Shown piece by piece: positions 9,959 through 20,140 of a DNA stretch of 64,000 nucleotides. The notes under the pieces are model-generated. The model saw nothing but the letters and a program-made list of their open reading frames with translations, was not told the origin of the DNA and made no database searches. A program made the translations under genes and the position numbers. The stretch lies in NCBI RefSeq assembly GCF_964188315.1, contig NC_135657.1, forward strand, positions 310,001-374,000, given 5' to 3'. The DNA comes from Podarcis muralis (taxonomy: Eukaryota). How positions within the stretch are numbered: position 1 is the first letter of the stretch; every line of letters begins with the position of its first letter.

Positions 9959-10793
9959 TGTCAGGGGCTCAGGGACTGAGCCACAGGAGAAGGAGGAGAT
10001 GGAGAGCGAAGGGGTTAGGGTTATCCAGAGGATTATTGTCAGAGACTGCCTCCCGGTCCCAGCTCACAGAGAACCAACGCTAGCCAGTAGAACTGTACAA
10101 AAGTCTTTATTGAAGTTTAGTTTCCATTTTCAAGCCCTAGCGTGCGTCTCTACGTCTAGACCCTAGACCAGCGAAGCCTCGTCTGAGTCTCCGCCCCCTG
10201 TACACCAGTTTAAGACTCTAGCCTTACTCCACCTTCTTCGTTTCTCCTTCCGCCTCTGGGTCCTACTACCCCCCGGGGTGCCTTCCTTCCTGGACGCCTC
10301 GGAGGCGGACCCCTCGGACTCTTTCCCCTCTCTTCGGCGGGCTTTGGGACCTGGCTCCCTATCCGGGCTGCTCATTGCGCCACCCTCTTGCACATTTGAA
10401 CTTGGCGCGCGCGCGCTGCCTCTGACCTTCCTTTTGACCGTTTCCTCGCTCTCTGATGCAGGCGTGGCTAACCCTGACTCATGTCCTTCCGCTGACGGAA
10501 AGCTGCCTGCTGCCGATGCTTGGGACTCCTCCCCCCTTCTGCTCTCCGGTGGGGAAGCTGGTCCCGATTTCCAGCTGCTGCTCTCTGAGTCCCCTCTGGC
10601 CCCTCCTTCCTGAGGTGTTCCCTCTGGCAACCCCCTAGCTCTGACCACGGGAGCCCCTTTCTGTGAATCCTCTGATTCGCTGGAGAGACTTAGAGACCTC
10701 GGACGGCTATCATCGCTGACCTCTCCCTCGGATTCCTCTCCCTCGGTCTCTAATTCCTCCCTTTCCTGTCCCTCTGCTCCTGAACCCCTGACA
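9959..10793 (-). mobile_element. Solo LTR (Ty3/Gypsy-like), 835 bp
   Basis: TG...CA ends with 14/15 terminal inverted match TGTCAGGGG(C/T)TCAGG; minus-strand AATAAA at 10106-10111 and TATA-like CTTAAA near 10215; no TSD found. Confidence 0.7.
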
Positions 10794-10806
10794 ATTATAT
10801 AAAACT

Positions 10807-10812
10807 TTTATT
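10807..10812 (-). terminator. Candidate ZNF512 polyadenylation signal
   Basis: AATAAA on minus at the end of an AT-rich stretch, 410 nt past the stop codon. Confidence 0.6.
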
Positions 10813-11216
10813 CACAATTTCAGTAATCTCATGTAGCTAATTTTGGTTTTTTATAACTAATTTAATGTAAAAATTACCTTGGAATGTGTGAATGTTTGGC
10901 TATCGTAATATTTTCAGCGACGCTCTGTCTGCAGTGTCCAGTTTACTCCCGGGGGTTGGGACACAGCTCACCCCCTGCCCGGCGGAGGCCAGGAAAGAAG
11001 TCCCGCCTCTGGTGGCTCCTCACCTGGGGAGGACCAGAGTCCTTGATGTGCCTCCTCAGAAGTAAACCCTGCTGAGCATTGGAGGGAGGAGTGGGGCTCC
11101 TTCCCCAGTCAGTCCCTTGAGCAGCCAAGGCCGCCTGAGGGGGGCTGGAGGGCAGGGTGCAAGGAGGGGTGTGGCCAGAGGAATCCCCCTCACCCTGAGA
11201 GACCAGAGGGGGGCCG

Positions 11217-14200
11217 CTACTCCCTCCCTCTCCTGTGGCTGAGCTTCAGAGGGGGAGGGCCATCCTCCTCCTCCTCCTCCTCCTCCTCCTCCTTCTCACA
11301 GCTCCCACTGGCCTTGAGGGGCTGCTGCTGCCCCTGCTCCCCCACTGCCTCCTGCCTGGGTGTCGCCTTCTTGGGGGAGGCAGCAGTCTGTGGCCTCTTC
11401 TTGCGGCTCCCGCTGGGCGGAGGCTTCCTGGGCGCTCTCTTCTGCTCCGCCTCCTCCGGCTGCTGCTGCTTCAGCAGCTTCTTGAAGCTCTTGGCGGTGT
11501 GTGTGCCAACGGCAAACCAGTCCTGGGGGTGGGGAGAGGCAGGAGGTGGGAGCGAGAGGAAGGGGGAGCGCCAGCACAAGCTGAGCCAGGCCAATGGCCA
11601 CAGACCCCGGTGAGGGCGCGGGCACAGCGGAAAGGTCTGTGGCATTGGATTGGGTCCATGCGCACTCCTGCAGCCCCCTTGCTCCTCACCTGCGCATGCA
11701 CAGTGTTGATGTGGTACTTGACTCCGCTCTCAGACACAAACTCCTTCTCACACAGCAGGCACCGGTATCTCCCAGCCACAAACTCCCCCTGCAGTGAGAC
11801 GGAAATGTGGCCTAGAATCTCTGGCAGCAAGAACTTGAGGAAGACAGCGGGGAGGGGGAGGAGGAGGGGGAAAGGGGAAGGAAGAGCCCCCCCCCCCCGA
11901 TTTTAAGCGCAAGTGTCTCGTCCCTGTGAAGGGAGGGATCTGCCAGTTGGGGCGCAGAGACGGTGATGGTGAATCCATGTCTGCCTCCAGGGGTGGTTTG
12001 GCAATGGCAGGCAGCAGCAGAATCCCCCCAAGCACACACATCCTGGAGCCCTAAGGAGAGGCTGGCACATACCAAGGTGCAGCTGCCCAGGTGGGACTTG
12101 AGGCCCGAGATGCTGCTGTAGACACACTCACAGCCCTGTGGTGGAAGGCGAGAGTCAGGAAAGGGCGGTCAGTGGCCCTCCCCACCCAGGAACGCCCCAG
12201 AGATGCAGGAGGGGAAATCCAGAGGCTCCTGGCAGCAACAGCTCTTAGTCTCCTCTCAGATACTTGGGGGCTCTCCCCACTCTGCACCTCTGTGATGCAA
12301 AAGGGCAGAGGGAGGGGCCTCCAGATTATTCCATGGGAAGCTGAACACCAAGGAAGAGCCCCCCAAAGCCTCCGCTGCAAGTGTTTGGGGCAAGGAGAAA
12401 GGAGCTCTGCTGCCCTTGTCCAGTCAGGAGAGTTGGTGGCATCCCCCAAGCTTTGCCCAGCCGTCCCGTTACCTGGTTTGGGCAGCGGACCCGTCGGCAC
12501 GCCTTGATCTCTGCCCTCCACATGCTCAGAACCTCCTGGCTGACAGCAGGCAGTCCTGGGCGGGTGTATTTCAGCTGAGGAAGAGAAGAGAGCAGAGCCA
12601 GAAGGCAGAGTGAGGAGCAGGGGCTGCTGCCTTCAGCTACTCCCACAGCAGCGCCCCCCCCCCCGTGCCCTAGCCGACTGGGGCACCCAGCTAACCAGGG
12701 GCAAAGGACCCTGACTCCTGAGCCCCAGGGACACCCCCTTCCTTGAGAGCCCAGCCAGCCTCTTCTGCTTCTCGGGTTCCTGGCCCCTGGGGGAAGTGCA
12801 AGCATTTGCACCTGTACTTTGACAAGACTTCAACTCCATTCCAGTGTTAGACAAAACGTCAAGCCTTAAAATAGCTGTTACTACAAAATCTCAGCAAAAT
12901 CCCGTAGTAACAAGCCAAGCTACTGCTAAGCGCCTTGCTCTGCTTTCCTTTGGACCCCATCAGCGAGGCTGAGAGGGGGGGGGGGTCTTGTTGTCTGGGC
13001 AGCCCAGGACCTCCAGGCTTGAACCGAGGAGCTCACTTCACTGCTGCTAATGCAGTAGTTTGACTTCACCCCTGGAAGTGCACTCCATTGTCTCTCGAGA
13101 TGGATAGATGACAACAAGAGTAACCAAAAAAATCAACCTGACCAAGAGAGCAGGCTGGGTAGGCCTCCTGAGGCGGGGGCTTCTACAACGTGGGGCCCCC
13201 CATTGCAAAAGACCCTGCTCCTCGGGAGAAAGCGCTCCCTTGCTGCATCCTGGCCTCTGAGAAACCTTGAGGTCAACCAGGACTCTTCTTGCTCCCAGGG
13301 CCAAATGGATTCTGAGGAAACGGCCGCACCTTCCGGTCCTCGGGAACCAGGTCCTGCCAGACCTTCCGCCTGGGCCACTCCTTGGCCAGGGCCTCCTTGG
13401 CCAGGGCCTCCTGCAGGTGGTGGGCGGCTGCCTGGGCAGACTTCCTCAGAGCACGGCGGCCTCCACTGCTGGGCTCTGCGCTTGCCACCTCCTTCTGGGG
13501 GGCCGGCTGGATGTCCTGGCCCAGCAAGGAGATCTGACAGGAAGGACACAGGGAGTGATGCTCAGAAAGGGCCACCAAAATGAGCATGGGGAGGAGGAAA
13601 GGCTGCAGCAATTGGGACTTTTCAGTTTAGAGAAAAGGCGAGGAAGAGGGACATGGAACGAGTTCGTAAAATTATGCAAAGCCTAGAGAAAGTGGATAGA
13701 GAAATGTTTTTTTCTCCCTCTCTCACAACACTGGAGTTTGTGGACATTCCATGAAGCCGAAGACTAAAAGGACAGTAAAACTAAAAGTGCAAACTGTGGA
13801 ACTCCCTCCCACAGGAGGCAGCAATGGCCACCAACGTGGGTGGCTTTAAAAGAGGAACGGACAGATTTACGGAGGGCTGGGCTTTTGATGGCTCACCTCC
13901 AGTCAAGAGGCAGCAATGCTTCTGCAGGCCAGTGGCCAGAAAGCGCAGCAGGAGAGGCCCAGGGCTCAGATCCTGCTGGCTGGTTTCCCACAGGCATCTG
14001 GCTGGCCCCTGTGAGAACAGGATGCTGGACTGGGTGGGCCATCGGCCTGATCTAGAGGTTCCTCTTGGTTCTTAGGTTCTGGCCAACGCCTGCCACTGCC
14101 AGAAAGGGGTAGCAAAGGCTCTCTGCAGGTGACAATGCCCGGCCCCGTAAGAGGAGGAGGGGCCTGCAGTGGCTTCTCTGGGCGTTGCCCCGCCCCCTCT

Positions 14201-17200
14201 TCCACCTGCCTGTCAGTCAGGAACAGGGGCTTCCTCTGCAGAGATGGGGAGAGGTCCCGCCCCTCTTTGCTCCTCACTGGCAACTCACCGGGCCATGCTC
14301 CATCTTCAGGTGGTAAGCGAGGCCCGCCTTGGAGCGGTAGGCTTTGCCGCAGTGCTGGCACTTCAGAGCCATCTGCTCCAGCTCGGCAGCCTCCTTCCCG
14401 CACTTCCGCGTGTGGTAGAGGAAGCCCAGGACGCTGGTAAAGCTGCCTGTGCAGCCCTGGGGGAGGAGAGGGGGGCAGAGAGGAGCACAGGCTCCCAGGA
14501 AGGAGGGAAGCCAACTCGGGGGGGGGGGGGGAGCTTCTGCGTCTGCCCTCCACCACCAGCTGGAAGGTGGCGAGTCAGCCCTGCATTCACCGAGAGGAGC
14601 CTGAGGCGGTCCGAGGCCCCTGCCCCAGCCTGGCCCAGGCCGCTCTGGTTCCCCGGAAGGCCAGAGGCTGCTCCATCTCACCTGCCTTGGGCACTTGAGC
14701 TTCCCCATCCGCTTCAGCACCCTCCGCAAGCGCTCTCTCTCGCCCAGATCGCAGGCCGCCTCCTCTGTCCCCACCGGCTGCGTAAACGGGAAGGGAAAGG
14801 CTGGCCAGGGACGCTCCAAACCGAGCCATTCAGATTCCCACTAAAGCCCAGGAAGAACTTTCTGGAGGCAAGAGCCGTTTGAGAGTGAAACGGGCTCCCT
14901 GGGAAGGTGGTGGACTCTCCTTCCTTGGAGATTTTCCATCAGAGGTGGCCCCCTGTCCGGAATGATGCAGTTGTGATTCCTGTGTTGCAGGGGTTGGACT
15001 AGATGGCCCTTGGGTATCTCTTCCAACTCTATGATTCTGTGCTTGCAGGTGACCCAAGGCCAAAGGCCCAGGAAGACCTGCTGGGGCTGAACTGTCGCCG
15101 TGTCAGGAGTCAAGGCAGGCTGGGTCCGGCCAGAGGCTCCCCAGAGGGCCCTGAACAAGGATGTACAGGCAGGCAGCAGGCTGGGCTTCCAGGGACTGAA
15201 GCATCTGCCTGAGGCATCTGGGGAGCCAGACACGTTCTTGTGGGCGCGCAGCATCTACTTACCAGGCTGTTGTGGTCTGCCATGATGTGGTACTTCATTC
15301 CTGCCAGAGACCGCAGCTGCTTCCCACAGTGGTGGCATGTGAGCATCTCCTAGGAAGACCACGAGGCATTGCACATGTCAGCAGTAGCCACCAGCATCTG
15401 GGCAGCACGGGCTGTGGGAACATCTCCCATTAGTCCTTGCTCCTGGAGTTTGGGGCCTGAAGTGTCCGTCCGTCCGTCCGTTCCCCCCCCCCATCCCGGA
15501 AACTGGCTTGCTCTGCTCTATTCTACAGTGAGTTTAATGTCTGCATTTTAAAAATTGTGGTTCTAAATTTTTAGCGATAATTTTACTGTTCCTTTTTTTG
15601 TAAACTGCTTTGAGATTTGTCTTACAAGCAAGCCGTATATAAATTTTACAAAATAAATAAGTAATTTGGGGGCTCCCCCCTCATGCAGACATGCAGAGCA
15701 GAAGCTGCCTCACTGAACCCTCAGTCTCAATGGCCAAGAACAACGACTCTTGTTTGGGCAGCACCATGCAAGCAATGCCATGAGAGACCCCAAAGGGCTG
15801 CGGGGAGAAGAGGGGCTGGCAGGGTCCCCTTGAACTCCAGGGTGAAATGGTTCACCTCTGAGCCAGAGCTGCTGGCAGGCTGGGGGCTAGTGTGGGGGGA
15901 GCTGCTGCTGGGGGTTTTCCAGGAGTGACTGGCTGGCTGATGTGGGAGACAGGGAGCAGGACGAAGCGGGCCTCCCTTGGCCTGACACTGTTACGCCCCA
16001 TGACTTGAGAGGGAGTTGCAGGGTTGGATCCCCAGGGATTGCCTAGGAAAAGGATAGGGTCCCATCCCCCGTCTGCTCACATGCTGGCAGTTGCTCATGT
16101 GCTTCTTCAGCCCTTCCACCGTCTTCCTCACAACAGCCCTGCAGGTGGGACAAGTGACGCGGCCTCTGCTCAGGATCTCCAGCTGCCAGTGCTCTTCCAG
16201 GCTGCCTGGCGGAGCAGAAGAAGGTGCTGACTCAGCCTCTTAAGGTTCCTGGCTGGTCCTGAGTGGGGCAGCCCTCTCACCTGGCCTGTGGGCATCCCAC
16301 TGGGGCGTCTTGGGCTGGCCCACCTGCTGCAGGGCTCTTCTTTCTATGCTTAGGGACACAGTCACGCTTACTAGCTTTCTGCACCCCCCCCCCAGTAATG
16401 CACCCCAACAACCTCTTCTGCCTGCTTTTTCAGCTATGCGCCATTCCTGGCTGCACACAGGGAGGGCAGACAAGAGGCCCCACCCCTTTGCCAGAGGTCC
16501 CGGGGTCCAGAGGACGATGGCCCTGGTTTCTTGGCTTCTGTCCTCACCAAGGAGCTGCGATGTCGGGGTCCTGTTTTACCTGCTGCATATACCGGTGTGT
16601 CTCTTTTTCTATGGCCACTTTTGGGCTTGAGATTAGGCTGTCGCCCCATCTGCTGCCATTTCCCTGGGACAAGGAAAAACAGCAGCCAGGACCATCTACC
16701 CTCCACCACAACCCAGAACACCCCACCAAATACCTTGGGGAGAGATGGAGGCCAAGGGAAGTGACCGCCCCAACATGGGCTCAAGCTCCAACACAGGAAG
16801 ATGAATAGTTCATGAGGGGCTCCCATCACTTGGGAGCAGCAAAGCTCAAAGTGTAGAGTGCAAAGGGACAGGGATGGGCAGCCCCCTCACATCAGGAGGA
16901 ACTGAGCTGAGTAGGTGGGCAGGGGGTCTCCAGCCCCCCTCCTTGCAGGAGAGCCAGGAGCGTGCAGGGGCCCAGAGAAAGGAACCAAAGTAGAATCCAC
17001 TCACCAGACTTCTGCTTCTTTTTGGGGAGCTCCTTGTCATCGCCTGCATCTTTGTTTTCCTGCTTGTGCTTTGCCTTGGAAAGGGAATCCCCAGCTAAGA
17101 GGAGAAGAAAGACTGAGACAAGTGTGGGGGTTTTTTTTGGGGGGGGGGATTTATTACAGTGGTACCTCAGTCTATGAACTTAATTCATTCCGGAAGTCCG

Positions 17201-18987
17201 TTCTTAAGCCGAAAGCACTCTTGAACTGAGGTGTGCTTTCCCTACTGAGGCCTCCCACCACCGGTGCCCTTCCACCGTTCGGCTTCCGGGGCAAAGTTTG
17301 CTAACCGGAACACCTACTTCCAGTTTTGTGGAGTTCGTTGCTCGAATAGTTCATTAACAGGACTGTTCGTAGACTGTACGATAATAGGACTGTACGGGAC
17401 TGTATTATTATTTCATTCTATAGTGTATAGCAAGCACATACAACAAGTCGATTGCGATCTACTGGTCGATCTGTGAGCAGATCGCAGCCTCTTGGAAGTT
17501 GGACGTCCCTGTTGTATAGAATGCATAGACTTTTAGAAGACATCTGAAGGCAGACCTGTTTAGGGAAGTTTTTAATGTTTGATGCTTTATCGTGTTTTTA
17601 ATATTCTGTTGGGAGCCACCCAGAGTGGCTGGGGAAACCCAGCCAAATGGGGGGGTATAAATGTTATTGTTATTGAAACAAAATAAAAATATATCCTTCC
17701 AGTAGCACCTTAGAGACCAACTAAGTTAGTTATTGGTATGAGCTTTTGTGTGCATGCACACTTCTTTAGTTATTGTTATTGTAGAAGAGAGAGAACAATT
17801 ATAACAGTTGAAAATCAAAAGGTGAAAACAAAACTACAAAATAGGCACGTAGTAGGAGTAGTTCTGCTGTATATCTCATAAAGGAATGCCAAATCACATA
17901 AAAAGTGCCAGGAGAGTCTAGTTCTTGAGAGACCAGCACTGTTGAGGGCAGGAGTTCACAGGTTCAGTCCCCAGTGAGATCTCCAGGAAGAGGATCCCTG
18001 CCCCAAACCCTGGAGAAGCCACTGCAGTGCAGGCAGTGCTGCTAGAAGGACCTGATGGTTTGGCTCAGTGAAAGGCAGCTTCCTAGGCTCCCAAGAGGAT
18101 TTCAGGGTTATCATGAAAGGTTATCGGAAAAGGGTCATTAAGAGACTCAGCCAGCAGAAGCCTTTTTAACCAAACTTCCTATCTTTAGATGGGACCCAAT
18201 TCATTTGAAGTCAGCATTTCCCACGAGCAGCCTCTGAATGGACCTGACAGGCCTGGGATTGGCAGGGAGAAGCTGCATCCTGTGATTCCTTATGCTCTCT
18301 GCCTTTGTGTCCTGGAGTGACATGCAAATTAATAGCTCCTATCAAAGAATAAGGGACGCAAGTGGCGCTGTGATCTAAACCACTGAGCCTAGGGCTTGCC
18401 AATCAGGAGGTCGTTGGTTCGAATCCCCGTGAAGGGGTGCGCTCCCGTTGCTCTGTCCCATCTCCTGCCAACCTGGCAGTTCAAAAGCACGACAAAGTGC
18501 AAGTAGATGAATAGCAACCACTATTGGAAACAGCGTTTCCGTGCGCTGCTCTGGTTTCGCCAGAAGCGGCTTAGTCATGCTGGCCACATAACCTGGAAAA
18601 ACTGTCTGCGGACAAACGTTGGCTCCCTCGGCTAGTAAAGCAAGATGAGCTCCCCGTTAGAGGGAAGGGTGCTGGTTTAAGACGCTTTCCGGCTTATAGG
18701 TAAGGGGGCTGAGGTTGGACCTGAACGTCACCTGGTACACTCTGAGCTTATGGCAGGCTGATGTCTGCATGGCATGACCCTTGGCATCCCTTCCACCTCT
18801 TCCAGACTATGCCTGCCCCAGACCCCCCGGCTCTCTGGGCTTCTCCGGAGGAGGAAGGTGCCAGGCTCCAGAGTGCGGCCGCGAGAGAGGGGCAATCCCC
18901 AGGCGCCCCCTCCTCACCTTCCCTCGCCGCCTCCTCCTCCTCCTCCCGGGCAGGGGTCTTGGCGGCGGCGGGCTTCGCCCCCTTCAT
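11217..18987 (-). CDS. ZNF512: Zinc finger protein 512
   Basis: GT-AG exons with consistent phases: 17005-17094, 16580-16663, 16081-16205, 15263-15349, 14682-14777, 14289-14456, 13330-13533, 12473-12574, 12073-12135, 11690-11788, 11217-11522 (stop). Peptides [57 protein letters not shown] and [17 protein letters not shown] match human ZNF512. Start exon 18918-18987 is tentative (phase-compatible only). Confidence 0.93.
13555..14075 (+). mobile_element. CR1 LINE 3' fragment in a ZNF512 intron
   Basis: Degraded ORF2 end [18 protein letters not shown] followed by the CR1 3' UTR. Confidence 0.75.
14830..15040 (+). mobile_element. CR1 LINE 3' end
   Basis: GGGTTGGACTAGATGGCCCTTGGG...CCAACTCTATGATTCTGTG terminal octamer-repeat tail. 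Confidence 0.75.
17157..17375. mobile_element. Tigger/pogo-like MITE, right TIR partly deleted
   Basis: TA followed by CAGTGGTACCTCAGTCTATGAAC; remnant GTTCGTAGACTG at the right end; same TIR family as 53794-54030. Confidence 0.55.
17431..17511. mobile_element. Tiny hAT-like MITE (81 bp)
   Basis: 8-bp TSD GTGTATAG / TTGTATAG (7/8); imperfect TIR CAAGCACATACAAC vs GTTGGACGTCCCTG. Confidence 0.5.
17535..17675 (+). mobile_element. L2 LINE 3' tip
   Basis: Matches the 3' end of the large L2 at 35301-38620, including the GGCTGGGGAAACCCAGCC stem-loop. Confidence 0.8.
17680..17770 (-). mobile_element. Penelope-like pseudo-LTR fragment with a degenerate hammerhead core
   Basis: Close match to the repeats at 32410-33016; core reads CTAAAGA...CAAAAGCTC. 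Confidence 0.8.
18353..18650 (+). mobile_element. Sauria SINE (Squam1), near full length
   Basis: tRNA-like head (GTGGCGCTGTG... / GGTTCGAATCC box B) plus a body matching the copy at 41560-41942. Confidence 0.85.
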
Positions 18988-20140
18988 CTCCAGCCAGGGA
19001 ACGGGGCTGGGAATGGATCCATCCTAGGCGAGCTCCGGCGGGGAGGAGAAGGAAGGCGATCTCGGCTCGGGGCTCCTTCTTCGCCCAGGCGGCGGCGGCG
19101 GGGTCCCCGGGACGAGGCCTCGGCGCCTCCCCTCCCCCCCCCCTCCGAGACCGACCTTGCGAGGCTCCTGGCGCCGCCCCGAGGAGGGAGGAGGCCGCGC
19201 CGGCACGGGAAGGGTTAAGGAGGCTTCCGCGACCCCGGGGCCCCGCCCAACCCGACGGCCTCCGTCCTTCCGCCCCTCCCCTCCGGGAGTTCAGCGGGGG
19301 AGGAGCTGATGCTCCCGCCCCGCGTTGCCAAGGTTACGGAGGAGGCGGGGACCAGGCCCCTCCTCGCCGTCCCCTCGTGACGTCATGACCGCTGCCCGGG
19401 AGGACTCGCTCTATGACCGTGGAGCGGGGCGGTCGCTCTGCCTCTCTATGGCACCTCTATGGTCAAAACAGCAGAGGAAAAGAACGCAGAGAGACGAAAA
19501 GGGAAGAGGGGAGCAAACGCAGCCCCCTTGGAACGAGAGGTCCCGCTGTCCCGACCTGAAGGCTGCTCCACCTTTCCTAGCTCTGTGGCCAAGAGCGGCC
19601 CTATGGGGCCTCTTGCTCCGCCCCTGGCCGGAAGCGGAAGCGGGCTGGCGACCGCGAGGCGACATGGCGGCGGCGGCGGCGAGCTCGGCCGAGGGACCCC
19701 CGCCGGTCTGCGTGCTGGTGCTGGGCATGGCCGGCTCGGGCAAGACGGCGCTGGTGCAGGTGAGCGGCGCTGCGGGGAGCGAGCCCGCCGGGAGGGGGGG
19801 GCGGGGGGCGGGGCTCCCCTCGGGCTTGACGGCGCTTCTCTCCTCCCGCAGCGGCTGACGGCGCACCTGCACAGCCGGGGCTGCCCGCCCTACGTCATCA
19901 ACCTGGACCCCGCCGTGCACGAGCTGCCCTTTCCGGCCAACATCGGTGAGTGGCGGGGCCGGGGGGGGGGGCGGCGGGACTGGCCTCTGCCTGGTCGGGG
20001 GGCTTCATTTCTCTCCCTCTCCTTTTCCCCAAAGACATACGAGACACCGTGAAGTACAAGGAGGTCATGAAGCAGTATCCTTACCCGGGCAGGGGGCAAG
20101 CGGGGGAGGGGGGACCTCGGGGGGGGGGGGGCGGACTATA
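18840..20140. promoter_or_regulatory. CpG island / bidirectional promoter ZNF512-GPN1
   Basis: Head-to-head genes; full CRE TGACGTCA at 19378-19385; tandem ETS/GABP sites CCGGAAGCGGAAG at about 19628-19640. Confidence 0.8.
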
